NCBI GenBank assembly: GCA_963745235.1
Contig: CAVUXE010000035.1
Span: 32,001-96,000 of the forward strand
Source: an uncultured Spirochaetota bacterium
GTDB lineage: Bacteria > Spirochaetota > Spirochaetia > SZUA-6 > Fen-1364
Direction: 5' to 3'
DNA: 64,000 bases
Shown: positions 10,624 to 18,796 of the stretch, piece by piece
Layout of the letters: each line of letters starts with the position of its first letter
How positions within the stretch are numbered: position 1 is the stretch's first letter
The notes under the pieces: model-generated
What the model was told of the DNA's origin: nothing
Databases searched by the model: none
What the model saw: the letters and a program-made list of their open reading frames with translations, nothing else
Translations under genes and position numbers: made by a program

Positions 10624-12491
10624 CCGGTGCCGCGGGGCACCTCGGATGTGCTCTTGTCAGGGAGCTCGTGGCGGATGGGGAAAAAGTCCGGGTGCTCGTG
10701 CTCCCAAAGGAAGACCTTGCGGGACTTCGGGGGATCCCCCTGGATATCGTGAAGGGAAACGTCCTCGACCTCGATTCTCTCCGGCGGGCCGCGGCGGGCA
10801 TGGAAGTGGTCTACCACCTTGCGGGGATCGTCTCCATCATGCCGGGCAGGGACGGGCTGATGCGCCGTGTCAATGTGGAGGGAACCGCGAACATGGCGCG
10901 GGTTGCCCGGGAAAGCGGCGTCAGGCGCATGATCTATGTCAGCTCCATCCACGCCCTTGCCCGCCCGCCCGAGGGGACTCCCATCGACGAGCGTGTTCGC
11001 ATTGATCCTCATAACCCGGCTGGAGAGTACGACCGCACCAAGGCGGAGGCATCCCTTGCGGTGCTGGCCGAGGTTGAACGGGGTCTTGACGCCGTCCTTG
11101 TCTGCCCCACGGGCATCATAGGCCCCTGCGATTTCAGAGGCATTTCCCCCATGACGCGGCAGATCCGGAAGTGGGGGCGGCCGGGCAATCACCTCGTGCT
11201 TGACGGGCATTTTGATTTCGTGGACGCCCGCGACGTGGCGCGGGGAATGATCCAGGCCGCTCGTCTTGGCTGGAAAGGACAGCTCTATATCCTGGCAGGG
11301 GAACGCGTATCGGTTGAGGTCCTTTTCGATCTTGTCAAGGCGGCCGCCGGCACGAGGGGCCGGGCGGTGCGCGTGCCCCTGTGGGTTGCGCGCCTTGTAG
11401 CGGCCCTTGCTCCTCTTCATTCCCGCCTGTGGGGGAAGAAAGTGCTGCTCACAAGCTATGCGCTGGAGACCCTTGAAAGCAACTCGCTGATCTCTTGCGG
11501 AAAAGCGCAGCGTGATCTTGGCTATCAACCCCGGCCCATGAGTTTCGTCATCAAGGACACGGTCGCATGGCTGCGTGAGAACCCCGAGCCCGGTCCCCAG
11601 GCAATTGCAGCATTCGAGCGCGCTCGCGGCCGCGCGGCTCCTCTCCGTGGTCGTACGACGGCCGCCAGCGATCGTGCGAAGCCGGAGGCCGCCGGGCAGC
11701 CGGCAGGTGTTGCCGTGGTGACAGGAGCCTCGAGCGGTATCGGCGCGGTCACGGCTCTGAGGCTTGCCTCCCGCGGGTACGCGGTGATTCTTGTCGCGCG
11801 CAGGCGCGAAAGGCTGGAGGCCCTGGCAGATCGCATTCGTGGTGAGGGTGGCAAGGCGGAGTGTCTTGCCGTTGATCTTGCCGCGCCCGGGGGACCGCGC
11901 GCCGTGTATGAGCGCGTGGTCGAACGAGGGGAAGGGATAGATGTCCTTGTGAACAGCGCAGGGTTCGGTTGGTACGGGTACGCCTCCGAGATGTCCATAG
12001 ATACCGCCGTGCGCATGATGCAGGTGAACAACAGCGCGGTGGCCGAGCTGGTGCTGCTCTTCCTCCCCCTGATGAAGCGGAGAGGAGCAGGTCACATCGT
12101 GAACCTGAGCTCGATCGTCGGCAGCTTCCCCAGTCCCTGGGCTGCCCTCTATTCAGCCACGAAATCCTTCGTTGACTCCCTGACAACCGCGCTTCACCGC
12201 GAGCTGCGGGGGTCCGGCGTCAACGTCAGCGCGGTGCGTCCCGGACCCGTTCTGACGGAGTTCTACCAGACCGCCACGAGGCTTTCCGCGGGCCGCTCCA
12301 TCCCTGTCAGGAAGTTCTTTGTTTCCCCGGAGGCCGTGGCGGATGCAGTTGTGAGGCTCCTGGACAGGCCGCGGCGCGCGGTCTACGTGCCAGCGGGTTT
12401 CCGTATCCTTCCCTGGATCGAGTTCAGCTTCGGCTGGCTGGTGGACAGGCTTGCCGCATTCTTCCTGCGCCGCCAATCCTATGCGGCCTAG
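10611..12491 (+). CDS. Fusion of an extended SDR (HpnA/dihydroflavonol-reductase-like) and a classical SDR
   Basis: N-half: VLVTGAAGHLG, HLAG, YVSS, YDRTK. C-half: VVTGASSGIG, LVNSAG, NLSS, YSATK. One continuous frame; RBS AGGAGG. Confidence 0.85.
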   Translation: MVLVTGAAGHLGCALVRELVADGEKVRVLVLPKEDLAGLRGIPLDIVKGNVLDLDSLRRAAAGMEVVYHLAGIVSIMPGRDGLMRRVNVEGTANMARVARESGVRRMIYVSSIHALARPPEGTPIDERVRIDPHNPAGEYDRTKAEASLAVLAEVERGLDAVLVCPTGIIGPCDFRGISPMTRQIRKWGRPGNHLVLDGHFDFVDARDVARGMIQAARLGWKGQLYILAGERVSVEVLFDLVKAAAGTRGRAVRVPLWVARLVAALAPLHSRLWGKKVLLTSYALETLESNSLISCGKAQRDLGYQPRPMSFVIKDTVAWLRENPEPGPQAIAAFERARGRAAPLRGRTTAASDRAKPEAAGQPAGVAVVTGASSGIGAVTALRLASRGYAVILVARRRERLEALADRIRGEGGKAECLAVDLAAPGGPRAVYERVVERGEGIDVLVNSAGFGWYGYASEMSIDTAVRMMQVNNSAVAELVLLFLPLMKRRGAGHIVNLSSIVGSFPSPWAALYSATKSFVDSLTTALHRELRGSGVNVSAVRPGPVLTEFYQTATRLSAGRSIPVRKFFVSPEAVADAVVRLLDRPRRAVYVPAGFRILPWIEFSFGWLVDRLAAFFLRRQSYAA

Positions 12492-12537
12492 TGTAATGTT
12501 ACAGAAATAGCTTGACAATCGCCGTGGGTGCCAGCGG

Positions 12538-13849
12538 CTATTGGCCAGCCGCCAGCAGCCATCCCACAGCAGCGTTGTAGTCCGGTGTCTTCCCATCCCA
12601 CTGCGGCAGGTTGACGTCAGGGCCAAGGTCCAGCTCGTGTTCATCCGCCCACTCGCGCAGCCAGTCCACCGTGTCATCAACCAGCTCCTGCAGCGAATCG
12701 GGTGCGAGAAGCCTGCCGCTCGGTGAGTGGAAGGCAAGAACGCCGTCGGATTCGGAGGCTACGGTCCACCCGCCTTCGTGAACCAGGTGATGATGGAAGG
12801 TACAGAGCATCACCAGGTTGTCCATGCTGGTTTCCCCGCCGTGCAGCCAGTGCTCGGATGTGGTGCCCGTGAAGGAAGGCCGTGTGAGTGCACCCCGGAA
12901 AGGCGCAGCCGCGGTCACGCAGCATCAGGGCGCGACGGATGGCGGGCGGAATACTGCGGGCGCGGCGGCCGATGTTCAGTGCTTCCCCATCTCCACCGAT
13001 GGCCACCAGGCCGCAATCGCAGGCCACCCTGCGCAATGTTTCCGCGGAAACGCGCGTTCCGTCCTCCAGGGTGGCCGCCCAAGCACTGTCTGGCCCAAGC
13101 GCCTCCTGATCCAAGTGAACCATGACCTGGAAGCGCTCGCCGCCGGTTCCCGTCACCGGATTGCCGGCCAGGAACGACTCGGCGAGCTTCACCGCGCCAT
13201 CAGCCCGCGAGGGCCAGCACGTTTCCGCGGAAACGCCGGCGGCTTCAACTGCCTCCGCCTCCCCCTGCGCGGCAGGCGCTCCGGGAGCCTCTGTCTCGAG
13301 CGGCTGTGCCCGGCGGGCGTGCACCTCCCGGGCGCGCTCGATGGCGCGCAGGATCAAATCCGCCTCGTCGGGCTCAAGCACCAACTCGAGCTTGACCATC
13401 CCCCCCGCCAGCAGCCGCTGGCGTACCGAACGCTCCTCCGGCGCCGGTGTCCTTTCGTTGTCCAGCACCCCTCGATAGCCTCGGCACAGCCGCTCAAGCT
13501 GCGCCCCGGTTGCCATAAGCGCCATCTCCAGCAGCTTCGCTTCGTTCTCGGGCGTCGCCACCCGAGTGAGCGCGCGAACCTTGGCGTACGACAGCCTGGC
13601 CGTGCGCAACGATTCGTCGATGGCGGGCAGCCTACCCAGCGCGCGTGCCACCCGTACCTTCTCGCGGGCGGTGGCCGGGTCCCATCCGAGGCGCCACGCC
13701 AGCCAGTGCGCGCAGGACACCGCGCCCTGCTCATGCCAGCCGCACGCCTCATCGAAGCGTCGGATGCATTCGAGCAGACGATGGGCGGCTGCATCCAGGT
13801 GGGCGGACAAGCTGGCGATCTCCTGACCCAGTTCCTCGAGGTTCTCCAT
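12538..13849 (-). CDS. DUF222 (13E12/Rv1128c-like) protein with C-terminal HNH endonuclease (frameshift at ~12856)
   Basis: SCAHWLAWRLG...AREKVRVARAL..LPAI...LSYAKVRALTRVATP; LNIGRRARSIPPAIRRAL.LRDRGCAFPGC; after the shift, HHI-EHWLHGGETSMDNLVMLCTFHHHLVHEGGW. Confidence 0.9.
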
Positions 13850-13856
13850 GGCATGT

Positions 13857-13885
13857 ACTATACATCTGTTTAGTTATGACTGCAA
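13857..13885 (-). promoter_or_regulatory. Promoter of the DUF222-HNH gene overlapped by a putative LexA (SOS) box
   Basis: Minus strand TTGCAG (13885-13880)-17 nt-TATAGT (13862-13857), 7 nt before the ATG; imperfect palindrome CTATACATCTGTTTAG at 13858-13873. Confidence 0.6.
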
Positions 13886-14072
13886 GTGTTTTTTCGCCCC
13901 TCGGATGCTTGCCGTTTTCCGCCGATAGCTGCATCCAAGTGCTCTCCAAGTTCGCGCGTTGTAAAGAAGCGCTACTTACACCACCTAGCGCCGCGGCGTA
14001 GCGCCGTTTGCCCTACGCGGCGTAGCACCGCTTCCCTGTGCGGAGCGAAGCCCATCCCTCCCGAGGCGCTGC

Positions 14073-14480
14073 CTACGCGCCAGGCACCGCGAGGATTCTC
14101 TCCGCCAGGTGCACTGCGTTGAGGACTCCCTGGGGGCCGATCCCCATGGTGGCAACAGGAACACCCCGGGGAAGCTGGAGAATGGACAGCAGCGAATCGA
14201 TCCCCGACAGGGACCCGGCAACCAGGGGTATCCCGATGACGGGAAGCTTCACCAGAGAAGCGATGACGCCGGGAAGCGCCGCCGACAAGCCCGCGGCGGC
14301 AATGACGATCCGGTAGCCTTTCTCTTCCCGGCGAAGAAATGATACGAGCTCTTCGAGGTTTCGGTGCGCGGAAAGCACTTTGAGCTCGAAGCTTATCCCC
14401 TTCTCTTCCAGGAGGGAAAGCGCGGGTTGCACGGCAGGCTCGTCGGACTGAGAGCCTATGACAAAAAGCACGTCCTTCAT
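14073..14480 (-). CDS. purE: PurE (AIR carboxylase / N5-CAIR mutase family)
   Basis: IGSQSD, VLSAHR, AAGLSAALPG, LPVIGIP, SLLSILQLPRGVPVAT. Confidence 0.9.
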   Translation of the reverse strand: MKDVLFVIGSQSDEPAVQPALSLLEEKGISFELKVLSAHRNLEELVSFLRREEKGYRIVIAAAGLSAALPGVIASLVKLPVIGIPLVAGSLSGIDSLLSILQLPRGVPVATMGIGPQGVLNAVHLAERILAVPGA

Positions 14481-15752
14481 TCGCACGCTCCGAAGAACTT
14501 CCTGCCGATATCACGGCGGAACCAGCCGCCATCGAACCTGATCTTCTCCGCAAGGGCGTACGCCCGCCCGGCGGCGCTTCGAAGGTTGGCGTCACGGCCC
14601 ACCACCGTGAAGCATCTTCCGCCCCTGACGTGCAGGGAACCGTCCTCCCGGCGGAAAGTGGAGGCGTGAAAAACGTGGGTGTGATCGTGACCGGCGCCGT
14701 CGGGGAGATTCACCGGCTACCGGGGGGCCGGAAGCCTCCGGATACCCGCGCGCGGCCAGAACTACGCCAAGTGCCGCCCCCACCGGTGAGGCCGTGTCGG
14801 TGCCCGCCGCAAAGGATTTCAGCTCCTTGACCATGACGGCCTTCACCAGCCCTCCGAAGTCGAAGGGCAGGACAGGGAGGAGCACCTGCGTTTCCGGGTC
14901 GCCGAACCTGACGTTGAACTCCAGGACACAGGGTCCCGCCTGCGTGATCATGAGCCCGAAATACAGAACGCCGGCGTACGAAAGGCCTTCCCGCTTCATC
15001 GCGGAATAGGTGGGCTCAACGATCTCCCGCTCCACGCGCCGCATTGTGGCCCCGTCAGCCGTCGGCACCGGGCACACAGAGCCCATCCCGCCGGTGTTGG
15101 GGCCTGTATCATCTTCGTGGGCTTTCTTGAAATCGGTGCACGCCGGGAGGACGACATGGGTTTGCCCGTCGCTCACCCCGAACACTGACAGCTCCCAGCC
15201 CTCGAGGAACTCCTCCACAAGGACATGGCCGTCCGCAAGAGCTGCCTTGCCGAAGGCAAGAAGCTCCTCGGATCGGTCTGACTCGAGGACTCCCTTGCCG
15301 GCCGCCAGCCCGCTCTTCTTGAGAACCAGGCGCTGTCCGGCCTTACCGGCCAGGAAAGCATCCAGTGCGGACGCATCGGAAAACTCCGTGGCGCGCGCTG
15401 TCGGGATTCCGTTTCGCACCAGGAACGCCTTGGAGAACGCCTTGCTGGACTCCAGCTGCGCGGCCTTCCTTCCGGGGCCGAACACGGGGACGCCGCGGTG
15501 GGAAAGGAAGTCAGCAACGCCGGCGGCCAGGGGCGTCTCCGGGCCGACAAAGACCAGGTCCACCGCGTTGCGGCGGGCGGCGGAGAATACGGTGGTGAAG
15601 CTCATCGGATCAACGTCCGGCAGGTTCGCGCAGACCTCTGCCGTGCCCGCGTTGCCGGGGCCGGCAAAAACCGCGCTCACGTGGGCGCTCTCGGACAGCT
15701 TCCAGGCCAGCGCGTGCTCACGGGCGCCGGAACCCAGCACGAGCACCCTCAC
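14477..15752 (-). CDS. purD: Phosphoribosylamine-glycine ligase (frameshift at ~14720)
   Basis: VLVLGSGAREHALAW, GPNTGGMG, EFNVRFGDPETQ; the C-terminus VFHAS...GGRCFTVV...RRDIG lies in another frame. Confidence 0.93.
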
Positions 15753-16327
15753 GGCGCGCCGCCGGCGTCCACACGGTCGAGCATCGACAGAAGGACCCGG
15801 GGGTACCACTCGTGCTCCAGCTCGTGAATCCGCGCTTCCACGTGGTCCCGTGTTTCACCGGGCTCCCGTTGGAAGGACTTCTGGAGGATGGTCGGGCCGG
15901 TGTCCACGCCCGCGTCGACTCTCATGATGGTGATTCCCAGCTCGTTGTCACCGGACGCGTAGCTTTCTTGGATCCCGTGGATCCCTGGATATTTCGGGAG
16001 AAGGCTCGGGTGGACGTTGATGACAGGCCCCTTGAATGCCTCCAGGAACCAGGGAGTCAGCAGCCTCATGAACCCGGCAAGCGCGACAATGTCCACCCTC
16101 CGTCTTTCCAGGTGGCGAACGATTTTCTTTTCCACCGACTCTCTCTTTTCCCCCGCGTAGCTCACGGGGAAGGCGGGGATTTCCAGCTCAACGGCCCTGG
16201 CCAGCACGGGAGCGCGCGCGATGTCGCACAGCAGGAACTCCAGGGTATGGCGTGTCCCCTTCACGGCCCGGGCGATGGCGATGAAGTTGGATCCCGTCCC
16301 GGAAGCAAATACGGCAAGCCGCGCCAT
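15749..16327 (-). CDS. purN: Phosphoribosylglycinamide formyltransferase
   Basis: LAVFASGTGSN, LAGFMRLL, INVHPSLLPKYPG, VDAGVDTGP. Confidence 0.95.
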   Translation of the reverse strand: MARLAVFASGTGSNFIAIARAVKGTRHTLEFLLCDIARAPVLARAVELEIPAFPVSYAGEKRESVEKKIVRHLERRRVDIVALAGFMRLLTPWFLEAFKGPVINVHPSLLPKYPGIHGIQESYASGDNELGITIMRVDAGVDTGPTILQKSFQREPGETRDHVEARIHELEHEWYPRVLLSMLDRVDAGGAP

Positions 16328-17301
16328 CACTCGATGGTCCCGATGACCTGCAGCTGAAAGCGCTCCCGTCGGGCCGCCTCCTCGAGCTCTTCCCGGTGAC
16401 TGTCATGAGCAATGAGGGCGACACCGATTCCAAGATTGAAGACTTTGCGCATCTCATCCTCGGAAACGCCGGCGCCGCGGATTCTTTTGAAGACGGGAGG
16501 CTCTTCCCAGTCGAAGGAGAAGCTCGGGGAAAGACCCGCCGGGATGACCCGTGTCAGGTTCCCGACAAGCCCGCCGCCAGTGATGTGCGCGGCCGCCAGG
16601 ACGCGGCGTGTCCCCGTGAGGACCGCCATTTCCTTCGCGTAGATGCGGGTCGGAACGAGCAGGTCCTCCCACCCCTCCCGGTCCGTCTCCGGGATGACTT
16701 TTCGCGCAAGGGAAAGACCGTTGGAGTGGATCCCTGACGAGGGAAGCCCCAGGATGACATCTCCCCGCCGGATCTCTTCCTTTCGGGGCAGAATGGCGTC
16801 CTTCTCCGCAATCCCGACGGCGAAGCCAGCCAGGTCGAAATCATCCGGGCCGTACGCATCCGGCATCTCCGCGGTCTCCCCGCCGCCGAGCCTGCACTCC
16901 GCCAGCTCGCATCCGCGTACGACGCCGCGAATGAGGGCGTGCATTTTTTCCTCGTGGATCCGCCCGCAGGCGATGTAGTCCAGGAAGACCATGGGTCGTG
17001 CCCCGCAGACGAGGAGGTCGTTCACGTTCATTGCCACGAGGTCTATCCCGATGGTGTCGTAGATTCCCAGCTTCTTCGCCACCAGCAGCTTTGTGCCGGT
17101 GCCGTCCGTGGTCGTCATGAGGACCGGGGAGCGAAATCCGAGGGAGTCCAGGGGAAGGACGGAGGAGAACCCGCCAATTCCCTTGTCCACCGCCGGGGAA
17201 GGGATGCGCCTGATGAACTCAACAAACCTTTCGCCGCGGTCGATGTCCACGCCGGCGTCGCGGTAGGCATGCATGGCTCGATCGTCTCCTGTTCCTGTCA
17301 T
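16327..17301 (-). CDS. purM: AIR synthetase
   Basis: AYRDAGVDI, DGTGTK, GGETAEMP, GLPSSGIHSNGLSL, HITGGG. Confidence 0.95.
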   Translation of the reverse strand: MTGTGDDRAMHAYRDAGVDIDRGERFVEFIRRIPSPAVDKGIGGFSSVLPLDSLGFRSPVLMTTTDGTGTKLLVAKKLGIYDTIGIDLVAMNVNDLLVCGARPMVFLDYIACGRIHEEKMHALIRGVVRGCELAECRLGGGETAEMPDAYGPDDFDLAGFAVGIAEKDAILPRKEEIRRGDVILGLPSSGIHSNGLSLARKVIPETDREGWEDLLVPTRIYAKEMAVLTGTRRVLAAAHITGGGLVGNLTRVIPAGLSPSFSFDWEEPPVFKRIRGAGVSEDEMRKVFNLGIGVALIAHDSHREELEEAARRERFQLQVIGTIE

Positions 17302-18695
17302 TTTCTGCGCACCGGCGCGTCCTGCACCGCGAAGGGGTAGGAACCGCTGAAGCACGCGTAGCAGAAGTCCCCCGGGTTGGGAACGCATTCCCGCAGCGCC
17401 TCGATGGAGAGGTAGCGAACCGAATCCGCGCCCAGCTCCCGGGTAATACCCTCCAGGTCCAGGCGGTTGGCAATCAGCTCGTCGCGGGTCGGGATATCGA
17501 TGCCGAAGAAGCAGGGATGACGGATGGGCGGGGAGGAGAGGCGCAGGTGCACTTCCCTTGCCCCGGCGTCGCGGAGGAGCTTCACGATCTGCCTCGAGGT
17601 GGTGCCGCGCACCAGGGAGTCATCCACCACCACCACCCGCTTTCCCGCAATCGCCTCACGCACCGGGTGGAGCTTCATCCGCACCCCGAACTCCCTGCTG
17701 GCGGCAGTGGGTTGGATGAAAGTCCTCCCCGAATAGTGGTTGCGCGTGAGGCCCTGCTCGAGGGGCAGGCCGGAGGCGGTAGAATACCCCAGGGCGGCGC
17801 TGTTGCCGGAGTCAGGAACGGAGATCACGATGTCCGCCTTCACGTCGTCACCGCGGGCCAGCATCTCCCCCATCCGTTTTCGAACCATGTGGACGGAGTG
17901 GGCAAAGACATCCGAGTCAGGGCGCGCAAAGTAGATCAGCTCGAAGATGCAGTGCGCTCGGCGAGGGGCAGGCGCGTGGGGCACCATTTCCGAATGGATC
18001 TGCGCGCCGGAAACGGTCACGATCTCTCCAGGGGCCACCTCGTGGATGTCCCGGGCCTGGAACATCTCCAGCGCGCATGTCTCGGAGGCAAACAGGACCC
18101 GGCCTTCCTGCGTCCCCATCACGAGCGGGCGAAAGCCATACGGATCCCGCACGGCGACGAGGGTGTCCTCATGCATCATGAGAAAGCAGTAGGCGCCCTC
18201 GATCTGCGCCAGGCATTCCATGAGGGCCTCGTGGAAGGTTTTCCTCGGAGAGCGGGCAATCATGTGGAGAAGCAGCTCGGTGTCCGTTGTGCTCTGGAAT
18301 ATCGAGCCCTCCGCGATCAGCTGTCTTTGCAGCTCGTCGGAGTTCGAGATGTTGCCGTTGTGGGCAAGCGCTATCTCGCCTTTGCTGCAGGAGACGACGA
18401 TGGGCTGCGCATTCTCCAGCTTGTCCGTTCCGTGGGTCGAGTAGCGGACGTGGCCAATGCCGACCCGCGAGGGATGGCTCTCGGTCTGGTAGTGAGAGAG
18501 CGCCTGCGACACCATCCCGACGTCGCGATACGAGACGATCTTCCCGTTTCTGTAGTAGGCGAGTCCGGCGCTTTCCTGCCCCCTGTGCTGCAGGGAGAAA
18601 AGGCCGTAGAAGAGCTGCTCGGGAAGATTGAACTCTTCCTGAGAGGAGATCCCCACAACGCCGCAGTGGTGGCGCAGTGAATCACCGTCTTCCAC
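17298..18695 (-). CDS. purF: Amidophosphoribosyltransferase
   Basis: Propeptide followed by CGVVG; LQHRGQESAG, GHVRYST, VVVDDSLVRGTT, CFFGID and CYACF Fe-S motifs. Confidence 0.96.
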   Translation of the reverse strand: MEDGDSLRHHCGVVGISSQEEFNLPEQLFYGLFSLQHRGQESAGLAYYRNGKIVSYRDVGMVSQALSHYQTESHPSRVGIGHVRYSTHGTDKLENAQPIVVSCSKGEIALAHNGNISNSDELQRQLIAEGSIFQSTTDTELLLHMIARSPRKTFHEALMECLAQIEGAYCFLMMHEDTLVAVRDPYGFRPLVMGTQEGRVLFASETCALEMFQARDIHEVAPGEIVTVSGAQIHSEMVPHAPAPRRAHCIFELIYFARPDSDVFAHSVHMVRKRMGEMLARGDDVKADIVISVPDSGNSAALGYSTASGLPLEQGLTRNHYSGRTFIQPTAASREFGVRMKLHPVREAIAGKRVVVVDDSLVRGTTSRQIVKLLRDAGAREVHLRLSSPPIRHPCFFGIDIPTRDELIANRLDLEGITRELGADSVRYLSIEALRECVPNPGDFCYACFSGSYPFAVQDAPVRRK

Positions 18696-18796
18696 CCGGT
18701 CATGAAATCAGAAGGGGGTGCGCGAGTCAACAGGGCGGGAGTTCACAGGGCAGGAGTTCATTGACCCCGCCGGGCGGCGGTGATAGGCTCTTGCGG

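Larger units (their letters stand above)
12488..13988. mobile_element. Candidate inserted element carrying a DUF222-HNH gene
   Basis: CTAG at 12488-12491 and 13985-13988; degenerate inverted termini (16 of 30 identities by hand, one gap); AT-richer ends; interrupts the SDR/purE junction. No transposase present. Confidence 0.45.

Noticed and set aside
12538-13849. IscB/Cas9-like RNA-guided nuclease
   Set aside because: No RuvC motifs, PLMP domain or CRISPR array; the architecture is DUF222 plus HNH only.
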